Positions 45,649 through 55,122 are shown, numbered from the stretch's first letter. The stretch is 64,000 nucleotides of DNA from Elusimicrobiota bacterium (GCA_026388095.1 JAPLKL010000044.1:3993-67992), one strand, 5' to 3'. Numbers and translations are program-made. Notes: generated by a model from the letters alone, not told the origin.

Positions 45649-47052
45649 TTAGTAGAACTTGAGCGCCGGGTCAGCGGCGCTCAGCCGGGGCGTTTGTTCT
45701 CGGTTCTGACGGCGCGCGGCGCGCGGCACCTCGCGCGCGAGATAATCGCCGAGTTCCGCCATGGTCACGTGCCCGTCCTTGTTAGCGTCCGCCGCTCCCT
45801 GGAGTCCCTTGAGCAGGAAATACGTGAACACCCCGTGCCCCTCATCCTGCAGGCCGCCGGCAATCTGGTCGCCGGCCGACGCTGTCAGGATGGAGAAGCG
45901 CGGGTCGCTCGGCGCGTCGGTTTGCCGGACCGTGACGAGGGGGCGGGCGCCTTTGGCCAGGACGGAGCGGCCGCCCGCGCCCGAAAAGCAGGCGTCAATG
46001 ATGACGACGATTTGGCGGGCTTTGAGTGCCGCCAAGCGCTCGTAGAGGCGGGACAACGGGTACGCGCTCGATTCCAGGAAGGCCGGGTCGCCGTCCCAGG
46101 GCACCAGATAGGCGCTGCCTTTGACCGGGTCCGGGGCGCCATGTCCGGAGTAATAGACCCACAGGCGCGATTTCTCGGTGACATTCTTCGGCAGCCACTC
46201 CTCGATGTAGCGGGCGAGGCCGGCGCGCGTGGCCCGCGAGCCCAAGAGCGCAATCGCATTCTCCTTTGGAACGCCCAGGCGCTCCACCGCGTAGCGCCCG
46301 AACGCTGCGGCGTCGCGCTCGCCGAATTCGGCTTCGGGGATGGACTGGTAGCGCTCTACGCCCATGATGAGGGCGTAATCGTCCGGCTGGGGAACGGTCT
46401 GGGCGCCAGGCTCCTCCACGTCGGACCGGCGCGCCTGCGCGACAGGGGAAGGCGCTGCGGGCGCGGCGGGAGGCTGGCCGCCAGCCTGCAGGAACGCCTC
46501 GCTCAGGTTGAGCATCGACTCGTCCGACTCCAGCGTCGCGAAGGCTTCTCCGAAGGCCATGGTCAGGGCGGTCTGCGGGTCGTTGGCCCGGCCGCTACCG
46601 GCGTAGCCGCGGGCCCAGAGTCGGGCGCGCCGGCGGCTATCGACGATGGTCAGTTCGAAGGCGGCGTCGGCCCGGTAGTCCTTGGTGAACTGCAGGGCGC
46701 CCACCTCCGCGCGCTGGATGGTCCCGCGCAGGGCCAAGGGTGAGGGGCCGCCCAGGACGCCCTTGCGCTCCAGGGCTGCGGCGACATTGCGCTCCACGCT
46801 GGCGCCCAGGTCTCCTCCGGCGGAGATGGCCGTTTGCCCCGCCACGCTGAATCCGCCGTAGCCGAAGAGCGAGGGGTCGCGCCTTTCGTCGTGGAAGCGT
46901 TCGACGACGACGGCGAAAAGGGGCTCGCGCGCCTGCGCGGGGCGCGGCTGCGGCATGAGGGCGTCCACGGGCAGTACGCGGGGCGTAGCCACCGTCATGC
47001 AGCCGGACAGGCCGGCCATGCCGATGACGGCAAGGAGGGCCAGCCGCCTCAT
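45649..47052 (-). CDS. Caspase-like (peptidase C14) lipoprotein.
   Basis: Starts MRRLALLAVIGMAGLSGC (lipobox). C-terminal caspase domain YYSGHGAPD...IVVIIDACFSG (His-Gly / Cys dyad). The upstream 250 codons of annotated ORF 45649-47814 are R/P/G-rich read-through and are rejected. Confidence 0.7.
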   Translation of the reverse strand: MRRLALLAVIGMAGLSGCMTVATPRVLPVDALMPQPRPAQAREPLFAVVVERFHDERRDPSLFGYGGFSVAGQTAISAGGDLGASVERNVAAALERKGVLGGPSPLALRGTIQRAEVGALQFTKDYRADAAFELTIVDSRRRARLWARGYAGSGRANDPQTALTMAFGEAFATLESDESMLNLSEAFLQAGGQPPAAPAAPSPVAQARRSDVEEPGAQTVPQPDDYALIMGVERYQSIPEAEFGERDAAAFGRYAVERLGVPKENAIALLGSRATRAGLARYIEEWLPKNVTEKSRLWVYYSGHGAPDPVKGSAYLVPWDGDPAFLESSAYPLSRLYERLAALKARQIVVIIDACFSGAGGRSVLAKGARPLVTVRQTDAPSDPRFSILTASAGDQIAGGLQDEGHGVFTYFLLKGLQGAADANKDGHVTMAELGDYLAREVPRAARRQNREQTPRLSAADPALKFY

Positions 47053-47720
47053 CGCGCCACCTTGACGAGCATGTCGCGCGACATGCGGACCGCTCGGCGC
47101 GTGATCGACGACAGGAGGAGTCCGCCCTCCCGGCCCACGTCCGCGGCCATGACCTCGTCGGTGAAGGTGTGGCTCGTGGTGTGGAACCGCCGGGTGCCCG
47201 TGCTGTCCTCTATGGACAGGAGCTCGACATTGCCCTTGCCCAGCACCGAGAGCTTCCAGTCCAGGGAGAGTTCGACGAAGGTGCCGCCGCCGCCGAACAG
47301 GGGGTCGCCCCATTGGAAATTCTCTTCGATGGCGGCCACGGCCAGCACCACGACGGCGTCGTATTCGCCGGGGGGCGGTAGTTGGCGCAGGACCGAGACG
47401 CTCTGGAACGCGCCGGGGAAGGCCTCGGCCGCCTGGCGCGCCAGCTCCTCGGGGATGGGCAGGTACTTCTCCCCGCCGAAGTGCTCGGTCTGGTCCTGCC
47501 GCACGCTGTGGCCGCGGCCTCCCTGCAAGGAGAGATAATACCGGAAGCCCATGGGGTCTGGGATGACCACGGCCAGGTGCAAGGGAAGCTTCTGCTCCGG
47601 AGTCAGTCCGAGGTCGGGTGTGGGTCCGCGGAAAGGGATGGGCCGGACCTGGATGGTGAAGCAGGCGGCCAAGGACAGACAGAGTGCGGCGCCTGCCGTC
47701 GTCAGGATGAGATTCTTCAT
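47049..47720 (-). CDS. Lipoprotein of unknown function, translationally coupled to the caspase-like gene.
   Basis: MKNLILTTAGAALCLSLAAC lipobox with a GGAG RBS. ATGA overlap with the downstream gene. Confidence 0.6.
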   Translation of the reverse strand: MKNLILTTAGAALCLSLAACFTIQVRPIPFRGPTPDLGLTPEQKLPLHLAVVIPDPMGFRYYLSLQGGRGHSVRQDQTEHFGGEKYLPIPEELARQAAEAFPGAFQSVSVLRQLPPPGEYDAVVVLAVAAIEENFQWGDPLFGGGGTFVELSLDWKLSVLGKGNVELLSIEDSTGTRRFHTTSHTFTDEVMAADVGREGGLLLSSITRRAVRMSRDMLVKVAR

Positions 47721-47828
47721 GGGGACATCTCCGGAGCCCACTGATCAGAGAGATGCACCGGCATCCGTGATGATTGTAGAAAAAAGCGCTGGCGTTGTGG
47801 GACAAACAAGTCAAGCCCGGAGCATTAG

Positions 47829-47927
47829 ATGCAATTGAATGCGTTTTCGGTGAGAAAAGTTCGAAAGTCGTCTAAGCAGGGCAGAACTCTCCGACGAACG
47901 AGGCCCTTGGCGTGAAGCTGAGGGCCT
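47829..47927 (+). ncRNA. Copy 2 of the conserved structured element with strong intrinsic terminator.
   Basis: GCAATTGAATGCGTTTTCGGTGAGAAAAGTTCGAAAGTCGTCTAAGCAGGGCAGAACTCTCCGACGAACG, then CGAGGCCCT-loop-AGGGCCTCG and TTTTTTT. Confidence 0.45.
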
Positions 47928-48023
47928 CGTTTTTTTCGGCTTACAACTACGGGGTGTCTGGTATGGCGAGGTCCGTGATGCGCTCGCAGTCTAAGCGCAC
48001 CTGGGCTCGCGCCGCGTCATTGA

Positions 48024-49076
48024 TCAGTGGCGCGGCCCTTCAGCGCGGTCCGCAAGCAACTGTGCCTCCAATCTCCGGACCTTGGCGATCAAGTCGGGGA
48101 GCCTCCTCAAGGCGGCGTGCATCTTGTGAGCCTCCCGGGCAGGCAGGGCCGGAGTCCCGAAATAGGCTTGTCCGGGCTCCGTATCCTGTGCCAACCCGGA
48201 CATGCCCATGACGCCCGACCCCTTGGCGACCCGCACATGGTCCTTGACGATGACCATCCCGGATATCATCGCCCCGTCCTCGATGACCACGGAGCCGCCG
48301 ATAGCCGTGTTCCCTATGATGTAGATGAATCGGCCGATCCGGCAGTTGTGCCCGATGTGGACCTGGTCGTCGATCTTCGTGTATGTCCCTATCGTGGTGC
48401 TCTCGATGGTCGCCCGGTCGATGGTGCATCCGGCGCCGATTTCGACGTGATCGCTGATGACGACGTTGCCGATCTGGGGGATCTTGTGCCTTTGGCCAGG
48501 CCGGTCATAGTATCCGAACCCGTCCGCTCCGATCACGGCGCCTCCGTAGATGATGCAGCGCTTGCCCACGACGCAGTGATGGCCGACGACGGCGCGGGGA
48601 TAGAGGACGGTGCCTTCCCCGACCTCGGCATACGGCTCGACGACCGAGCCCGGATAGAGGACGCACCCGGGTTCGATGACGGCGTTCGCCATCACGACGG
48701 CGCCCGGAAGGATGGCGGAGCTCTCCGCGATACGGGCCGATGAATCCACTTTGGCCGCACTCGAAATCCCCGGCTCGAATGCTGGTGCCTTATCGAAGAT
48801 TTTCAGAACCTTAATGAAGACCAGACGGACATCCTCTGCGGAGATGAGAGCCCGACGGAATTGACCGGACAACTGCTTGGTCGTCAACACCGCGCCGTGC
48901 TCCGCCATGAGGGGATGGCGCTTCAATACCGCCTTGGACTCAACGAAGTAGAGGCGGTTTTCTTCGGGGAGTTGATCGGAAGATAGGCACTCGACATCCC
49001 GAATCCCGAGGATTGCATAATCCGCTTCCCCCTTGACCTCGACACCCAGCATCCGGCCTAGTTCTTGCAGCGTCAT
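48024..49076 (-). CDS. lpxD: UDP-3-O-acylglucosamine N-acyltransferase LpxD.
   Basis: Starts MTLQELGRMLG with a GGAGGAG RBS. Hexapeptide repeats; GADGFGY...KIPQIGNVVISDHVEIGAGCTIDR. Lower-GC gene. Confidence 0.8.
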   Translation of the reverse strand: MTLQELGRMLGVEVKGEADYAILGIRDVECLSSDQLPEENRLYFVESKAVLKRHPLMAEHGAVLTTKQLSGQFRRALISAEDVRLVFIKVLKIFDKAPAFEPGISSAAKVDSSARIAESSAILPGAVVMANAVIEPGCVLYPGSVVEPYAEVGEGTVLYPRAVVGHHCVVGKRCIIYGGAVIGADGFGYYDRPGQRHKIPQIGNVVISDHVEIGAGCTIDRATIESTTIGTYTKIDDQVHIGHNCRIGRFIYIIGNTAIGGSVVIEDGAMISGMVIVKDHVRVAKGSGVMGMSGLAQDTEPGQAYFGTPALPAREAHKMHAALRRLPDLIAKVRRLEAQLLADRAEGPRH

Positions 49077-49292
49077 CAACTCTCCTCCAGCGCCAAGGGG
49101 CACCGAAAGTCTGCCTCAAGCCCGAGGACGGGAAGCAGCTTCGGTAACCCCTCCGGCGACGCGGGTCTGCCTGTCCTCAGTTATACCGCTTGCGCCGGGG
49201 GAGCGTCAACCATCCGCAGGGAGTATGTCCACTTGGGCCGTTGCTGTGTCGACCCGACCTTTCCCCCGAAGACTGGGCCAATCTCATTGATA

Positions 49293-49384
49293 GCCGCAGT
49301 TAAGCGGTTTCCGCCAAGAAAGTCCTAAAGTCGTCTAAGTAGGACAGCCATTCTCTGAAGCCCTCCGAAAGGAGGGCTTTTTCT
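49293..49384 (+). ncRNA. Copy 3 of the conserved structured element, terminating in the GCCCTCCGAAAGGAGGGC hairpin plus T-run.
   Basis: GCAGTTAAGCGGTTTCCGCCAAGAAAGTCCTAAAGTCGTCTAAGTAGGACAGCCATTCTCTGAAGCCCTCCGAAAGGAGGGCTTTTTC. Compensatory GTCCT/AGGAC here versus GTTCT/AGAAC in copy 1. Confidence 0.45.
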
Positions 49385-49493
49385 TGATATACTGCGGTTG
49401 AATTCATGCGCGGCGGATGGGATGCGCCTCTAGGCAGCGGCCGGTCGGGCGCGCCTGTCCAGCAGCCGGAAACATGATGGAAGGAGAACGAAC

Positions 49494-50282
49494 ATGAGAG
49501 TCCCGCGCCCGACCCGCACCGCCGCCCTCGCCCTGTCCCTGCTCGGAGCCGCCTCCTGGGCCCTGGCCTCGACCATGACCGTCCGCCTCAAGGACGGCAC
49601 CTCGACGAGCTACGACACGGCCCGCATTGAATCGGTGACCTTCTCCGAATCCTCCGCGCGGCGGGCGGCGGCCGGTAAGACCCTCTTTGAGGAGTCCTTC
49701 CGCTCTGGGCTCGGTGACGCCTGGGAGCCAGTCGCCGTGGTGGGCGGGGACTTCGACCGGTTCGCCAAGCTGATCCCCGGCCGCCTGGAGGTCGCCGTGC
49801 CGGAGGGCAACCACTGGACCAAGACCGGGATCATGTCCAAGGCGCCCTTCTTCACCGTGGCCCCCTACATGGCGTTGTCCCCCCTCAAGATCGACCTGGG
49901 CTTCGACCCGGCCAAGACCACGGGCTACGTCATCGGCATCTCCGAGGTCAAGGACGCGGACATGTGGCGCCAGCAGAACGCGTGGTTCCACTTCATCACG
50001 GTCTCGCCGACCGAGACTTCCGCGTACCTCGTCAACACCCAGAACGGGGGGGAGAACTACGGCTCGGTCAAAGGCCCGGCCGCCGCGCCCGTGACTGTCA
50101 CTTTGAGCGTCTCTCCCGGCATGCTGCGCGTGGAAACCTCGGCGGGCATGAAGCTGGAGGGCAGGTTCTCCTGGCTGAAACCCGGGGTCCCGGTCTATCT
50201 CTATGTCTTCAGCCATCCCAAGGACGACCAGGGGCCCGCGGCCTTCGCGCTGGAGAGCATCCGCAAGTACACGAACCTCTGA
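49494..50282 (+). CDS. Secreted hypothetical protein.
   Basis: GGAAGGAG RBS. Signal peptide MRVPRPTRTAALALSLLGAASWALA. Confidence 0.55.
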   Translation: MRVPRPTRTAALALSLLGAASWALASTMTVRLKDGTSTSYDTARIESVTFSESSARRAAAGKTLFEESFRSGLGDAWEPVAVVGGDFDRFAKLIPGRLEVAVPEGNHWTKTGIMSKAPFFTVAPYMALSPLKIDLGFDPAKTTGYVIGISEVKDADMWRQQNAWFHFITVSPTETSAYLVNTQNGGENYGSVKGPAAAPVTVTLSVSPGMLRVETSAGMKLEGRFSWLKPGVPVYLYVFSHPKDDQGPAAFALESIRKYTNL

Positions 50283-50399
50283 GGTCGTAGGAGATATCGC
50301 CCCGCTGCGATCCAGCCAGCCGCGGCTCGCGGGCGGAAAAGCGAAGGACCCCCGAGCCGACGCAGGCCGAGGGTCCCTCGTCCAACGGACGCCGAAACG

Positions 50400-51515
50400 T
50401 TATTTGCCGCTCGCCTTCTGCGTCAAGCGAAGGTCGGCGACCATCTTCCCGACCAGCATGTCTACCGCTTGGTCGTAATCCGCCAGCATCGGGGCGAACA
50501 GGTCCCGCTCCGCCTCCGTTCCCATGCCGTTGCGGCAGCATTTCATGTAATCATGCTGCGCGGCCACGTCGTAGGGGACGCCGACCTTGTCCTCGAACTC
50601 CATCTTATACATCCGGTATATCGGGCTCACCTTGGGGCCGATGCGCCTCTTGTTCGCGGCCTTGACGATCTCCTCCCACCGCGGGAACGGCACGTTCACG
50701 CTTGCCGAGATCGTCATCTTCGCCGTCCCCTTCAAGTTTTCGCTGATGGCCTGCTTGCGGTCGGTCTCCCAGTGGAACGTCGAATGGGTGATGATGCCCG
50801 CATCAAGCCCGGCCTCGGGGCCGATCTTGTCGAGGGGCCCGCCCCAGTTCTGCTGGGCGACCCCGCCCGGGGCGCCGAAGGTCCCGAAGTCCCGCAGGCC
50901 TCTCGGGATCGCGTAAACGGTGTCGCGGGGCTTGCTGCCTCCGGGCGCCGCGATGAAGGCGGCCTTGACCCCCTCGAAGCCCAGGATCTTGTCCATCTTC
51001 TGGAAGATGGAGGTCTCCGTGTTGTTCGGCCAGTCTTTCACCGCCTTGCCTTCCTTCTGATAGGCGGCGGACTGGGTTATCTTCTCGATAGGGACCAGGG
51101 TGACGTCCGACGTCGCATATTTCTCGAGCGCCTTGTTCCATGACGCGAGCATCCGCTCCGAGATCGTCTGCTGTACGGCCTCCATCGGGAACAGATTGGC
51201 GCAGCACCCCGGCGTCTTCGCCCCGCCGGACCGCATGATGTTCGTGTCGAAGATGACCAGGCCGATATTCTTGAGCGCGCCGCCCGGAGCGACGAGCATG
51301 TCGTCGGTGGGCGGGTAGTACCCTTTCGACATGTTCGTGACCTCGATGATCTGCTCCGCGGCCTTGGCCCGCTCCTCCCCCTGGAGCTTGGAGTGGACCG
51401 CGGGGTCGTACTTGAGAGTCCCACCCGTGGTCTTGCCTGGCCCGGCGAACCCCGGCTGGACGAGAACAGCCGCGCAGAATACGGCTCCGACGATGCCTCT
51501 GATGACCTTGCTCAT
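50400..51515 (-). CDS. Secreted hypothetical protein.
   Basis: Starts MSKVIRGIVGAVFCAAVLVQPGFAG with a GGAGGAG RBS. No recognisable domain. Confidence 0.55.
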   Translation of the reverse strand: MSKVIRGIVGAVFCAAVLVQPGFAGPGKTTGGTLKYDPAVHSKLQGEERAKAAEQIIEVTNMSKGYYPPTDDMLVAPGGALKNIGLVIFDTNIMRSGGAKTPGCCANLFPMEAVQQTISERMLASWNKALEKYATSDVTLVPIEKITQSAAYQKEGKAVKDWPNNTETSIFQKMDKILGFEGVKAAFIAAPGGSKPRDTVYAIPRGLRDFGTFGAPGGVAQQNWGGPLDKIGPEAGLDAGIITHSTFHWETDRKQAISENLKGTAKMTISASVNVPFPRWEEIVKAANKRRIGPKVSPIYRMYKMEFEDKVGVPYDVAAQHDYMKCCRNGMGTEAERDLFAPMLADYDQAVDMLVGKMVADLRLTQKASGK

Positions 51516-51626
51516 GTCCACTCCTCCCCGCGAGAATAACGAGGAGGCACTGTACGACATAGTCGCTGCGCGGCACCATGACGAGCGTCAGCTATCTCAG
51601 GAAGAGGAGCCGCGCTTATGAGCGGC

Positions 51627-52061
51627 CTACTTTTTTGGAGGGGCGTCGATCTGGCCGACAATGCGCCACGGGCGCCCGTCGTCTTTCCCTTTATCTTCCG
51701 GGACGACTTTCACACAGCGTTCCACCTTCTCCTTGAGATTGGCCAAGACGAACGGTTTCGTGATGTATTCCACCGCGCCCAACTCCAAGGCCCGCTTCGC
51801 CAACTCGATATCGTTCTGGCTGGTCAGCACGATGATGGTCATCGTCACGGCGGAGGCTTGACAGGCTTGGAGCACCTCAAGACCGCTCATCCCGGGCATG
51901 ACCATATCCAGCATCATGAGCCGAGGCCGCTCCGCTTCGATGATCCGCAGCGCCTCCTCGCCCGTGGAGGCCTCGATGACCTCGCCGGTCGTCTCGAATA
52001 GACAGGCCAGGATCTTCCGGTCGGCTGGGTCGTCATCAACCACCAATATCCTATTGTTCAT
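51627..52061 (-). CDS. Single-domain response regulator (CheY-like).
   Basis: ILVVDDDPADRKIL...LMMLDMVMPGMSG...YITKP. Confidence 0.8.
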   Translation of the reverse strand: MNNRILVVDDDPADRKILACLFETTGEVIEASTGEEALRIIEAERPRLMMLDMVMPGMSGLEVLQACQASAVTMTIIVLTSQNDIELAKRALELGAVEYITKPFVLANLKEKVERCVKVVPEDKGKDDGRPWRIVGQIDAPPKK

Positions 52062-52137
52062 GGAAGCTCACCTTACGATACCACCTCTGACGGGCTGTGT
52101 CTATGCGGACTTATACGTGGAATGCGGGATCCGCGGC

Positions 52138-52161
52138 AAAGCCCTCCGAGAGGAGGGCTTC
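52138..52161. repeat. Hairpin AAAGCCCTCCGAGAGGAGGGCTTC (member of repeated hairpin family).
   Basis: Same GCCCTCC...GGAGGGC stem as at 44638, 49358 and 59819. Confidence 0.5.
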
Positions 52162-52220
52162 TTGTCGTCTCGACGCGGCTGAGCCGGCTGAGGCCGGTCC
52201 GCTGAACGGCCGGCGCCGTC

Positions 52221-54779
52221 TCAGCGCACGTCGAGCTGGAGCTGGCAGGGGGCGTCGGCAGCCTCCGGCGTGACCGCCGGCTCCAGGCTGAAGAACCGCG
52301 CCGCCGAAATGCCGCGCGCGCGCAGAGCCTCCGTGATGACCCCGGCGCGGGCCAGGGCCACGGTCCGCAGTTCGGCGTCCGTCGCCAGCCACTTCTCGGC
52401 GAGCCCGTCGCGGGCCGCGGCCGCCGAAGCGGCCGGAGCGCCGAAGGCCTCCTGGTAGAGCGACAGGGCCTGGGCCTCCTCCTTGGGCGTCAAAGGCTCG
52501 TCTCCGCCCTTGGCCCCGCGCAAGCGGGTCAGGAGGGCGCGCGCGCCGGCGGCCAGGGCGTCGGCGCGGCCGGCCGCGCCGCGCACGCCCACGAGCATCT
52601 GCGGCCGGTCTGCCAGGGCCTGCGCCACCTTCTCCAGGTCCGCGGCGCGCTCCGCCGGCAGGGCCGACTCCCCGGGCGCGAAGGCCACCTTGCCGAGGTC
52701 ATCCTTGGAGCCCAGCATCTGGCCCAGCGCGGCGAAAGGCGACACCGCGGCCTTGACGATCAGGTTGACGACGGTCTTGATGACCGCGCCCATGATGTGG
52801 AAGTCCGGGTCGTCGAGGCTGCCGTCGATGGGGATGTCCAGGTCGATGACGCCGCGCCGGTCCTTCAGGATGGCCAGCCCCAGCCTGACCGGCGCCTTGA
52901 TCGCGTCCGGGCTCTCCACCTTCTCGCCCAAAGTCATCTGGTCGATGAGCGCGTGGTTCTTGGTCGCGATGGTCCGCCCCGCGAGCTTGTGGTCCAGGTC
53001 GAAGCTCAGCGCCCCCTGGTCGATCTTATAGCCCACCAGCCGGCCGGAATAGGGGCTGAACACCGGGAGCTGGATGCCGTCGCCTTTGAGCCGGACCGCC
53101 GCCCAGGCGGCCGCCGTCGAGAGGCGCACCGTGCCCTCGGCCGAGACCGGGGCGTCCTCGACCCGGGCCCCGCCGGAGAAGACCGCGGTCGAGCGGGCGT
53201 CGGTCGCCAGGCCCGTCAGGTCCAAGCGGGCCTCGGACACGGCCAAAGAGAACGCCGGGGCCACGGCGTCGTCCTGGGCCACGATGCGCCCGCCGGAGAC
53301 CGAGAGGCGCTTGAGCCGCACCCCCCAGGGCTCCCCGCCGGGCGCGGCCGGGCGGGGAGGTGCCGCGGGCGCTGGAGACTTCGCGGGCGCGCTCGAAAAC
53401 GACACTCCCAAGGCCGATTCGATGTTGGTCTTGCCGTCGCGCCGGCGCGCGGCGAGCAGGTAGGGCTTATCCACCCGGATGGCCGCGATGTCGAGGCGGC
53501 GGGCCTTGGTCGATAGGCGAGCGGACTCCACGGCCAGCCGCCCCAGGCGGACGAAGACGCGGCGGCTCTGCCGGTCCGAGACCGAGAGGCCGGACAGGGA
53601 GAAGGAGACCGCGGCCTCGACCTCTCCGTCGGCGAGGCTGGCCTTGCCGTCGGCGCTGAAGGTCCCGCTGTCGAGCGAGACCTGCGTGGGCGGCGGTCCC
53701 AGCGGCGAGAAGGGCGCCAGAGGCAGAGCCGCGACCTCGAACTCCGCGCCCGCGGCCAGGGGCTTGGGCTTGAGGTAGGATCTCAGGCGCACGAGGCCGG
53801 TCCTGGACACCGGGACCTCGGCCGACAGGGTCAGGCCTCCGCGGGGGAGGTCCGCGGCCACCGCGTCGACCTTGGCCGGCCCGATCTCCAGCGCGAAGGG
53901 CCCCCGCGGCTTCTCCTTGACCGACTTGAGCCTCCACATGAGGCCGGCGATGGAGGTCCGGGCGTCCTTGAGCGAGAGGGTGAGGGTGCCGCTGTCGAGC
54001 GCGACGTCGTAATCCGTGGAGGCGTCCAGTTTGCCCGCCGAGATCTCCACGGGCAGGGCCGGAGCCCCGGTGGCGAGGCGCGAGAGGTCCGCGTCAGCGA
54101 GCGCGACGCGGCCCCAGAGGTGGGGCGGCCGCACGGTCAGGCGCCCTTCCCAGCTCAGGACCTCGCCCTTGCTGGTCCGGGCCTGCAGGCGGTGCATCCC
54201 GTCGTCGCCGACGATGGTGCTGAGGTTTTGGAGGCGGAATTCGATGGGCCGGGCCGAGAGGCGCTGGGGGGCGCTGCGCAGGCGGCTCTCGAAGTTGAGC
54301 TCCCCGTCCACGATATCAAGGGCGCCGATCACCAGGCGCGGGATGAACATCGGCTGGGCCGGGGCCGCGGGTTCCGCCGGAGCCTTCTTGGGCAAAGCGT
54401 CGAGGACGCTGCTGCCGTCCGGTCCGATGCCCAAGGTCAGCTTCGGTCCCTCGAGTTTGATCTCGCGCAGGCCGATCGCCAGGCGCAGCAGAGCGGCCGG
54501 GCCCAGCGCCACGCTGGCCGAGCGGCAGGAGGCTAGCTCCCCGAAGCGCTCCTGGGTCAAGGCGAGGCCCTCCACGGTCAGGCGCAAGGTCAGGGGGTTG
54601 AAGGCCGCGCGGTCCAGGCGCGCCGCGAAGGTGGGCAGGTATTCCGGGACCAGGCTCAGGGCGCGGCGGACCGCCCAGGGCACGGCGGCCCAGGAAACGG
54701 CGGCCAGGACGACGTAAGCGCCCGCGGCATAGGCCAGGCGCCGGAGCCACTTGCGCGAAGCGGGGACGAGGGTTTTCAT
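52221..54779 (-). CDS. DUF748/AsmA-like large envelope protein.
   Basis: 852 aa with N-terminal TM anchor and a long beta-rich periplasmic region typical of the AsmA/DUF748 family. Confidence 0.6.
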   Translation of the reverse strand: MKTLVPASRKWLRRLAYAAGAYVVLAAVSWAAVPWAVRRALSLVPEYLPTFAARLDRAAFNPLTLRLTVEGLALTQERFGELASCRSASVALGPAALLRLAIGLREIKLEGPKLTLGIGPDGSSVLDALPKKAPAEPAAPAQPMFIPRLVIGALDIVDGELNFESRLRSAPQRLSARPIEFRLQNLSTIVGDDGMHRLQARTSKGEVLSWEGRLTVRPPHLWGRVALADADLSRLATGAPALPVEISAGKLDASTDYDVALDSGTLTLSLKDARTSIAGLMWRLKSVKEKPRGPFALEIGPAKVDAVAADLPRGGLTLSAEVPVSRTGLVRLRSYLKPKPLAAGAEFEVAALPLAPFSPLGPPPTQVSLDSGTFSADGKASLADGEVEAAVSFSLSGLSVSDRQSRRVFVRLGRLAVESARLSTKARRLDIAAIRVDKPYLLAARRRDGKTNIESALGVSFSSAPAKSPAPAAPPRPAAPGGEPWGVRLKRLSVSGGRIVAQDDAVAPAFSLAVSEARLDLTGLATDARSTAVFSGGARVEDAPVSAEGTVRLSTAAAWAAVRLKGDGIQLPVFSPYSGRLVGYKIDQGALSFDLDHKLAGRTIATKNHALIDQMTLGEKVESPDAIKAPVRLGLAILKDRRGVIDLDIPIDGSLDDPDFHIMGAVIKTVVNLIVKAAVSPFAALGQMLGSKDDLGKVAFAPGESALPAERAADLEKVAQALADRPQMLVGVRGAAGRADALAAGARALLTRLRGAKGGDEPLTPKEEAQALSLYQEAFGAPAASAAAARDGLAEKWLATDAELRTVALARAGVITEALRARGISAARFFSLEPAVTPEAADAPCQLQLDVR

Positions 54780-54927
54780 CGCGTCATTCTAACATCTTGC
54801 CCGCCCAGTCAGACTTGTCGAGCCTCCCGCTCCAAGCCGCTGGGGGGGCGCTGGATGGGGTATTATATCCTAGCCGGGCCCGCTGCTGACGCTGTGGCTG
54901 GAGGGCTGGCTCGAATCGGAGGAACGG

Positions 54928-55122
54928 ATGAGAACATTAGCCTTGGCCTTGCTAGCCGCCGCTCTGTGCTCCTGCTCCACGGCCGGCCCCTATGTGACCA
55001 ACATCAGTAGCAACGGGGCCGGGATGCTTACCATCGAGAAGTGCATGGCCCATCTCAACGCGTTCACGGGGGTCATCAACAATTCGGACTGCACCAGCAC
55101 GCAGATCCAAGTCGCGAAATGA
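54928..55122 (+). CDS. Small lipoprotein.
   Basis: MRTLALALLAAALCSCS lipobox; 64 aa. Confidence 0.5.
   Translation: MRTLALALLAAALCSCSTAGPYVTNISSNGAGMLTIEKCMAHLNAFTGVINNSDCTSTQIQVAK

Noticed and set aside
47053-47814. N-terminal 250 codons of annotated ORF 45649-47814 upstream of the caspase-like protein.
   Set aside because: R/P/G-rich read-through in another frame across the upstream lipoprotein gene. The real protein starts at MRRLALLA (lipobox), coupled by an ATGA overlap.
49033-49328. Short + strand ORFs (85-87 aa) in the lpxD upstream spacer overlapping repeated element 3.
   Set aside because: No RBS, low-complexity translations, and the region is better explained by the conserved non-coding element.
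44600-49400. Integron-like gene cassette array (repeated elements as attC sites).
   Set aside because: No intI or attI is present. The elements lie 5' of, and in opposite orientation to, the cassette ORFs. They lack the R''-L''/L'-R' core-site organisation (GTTRRRY) of attC.
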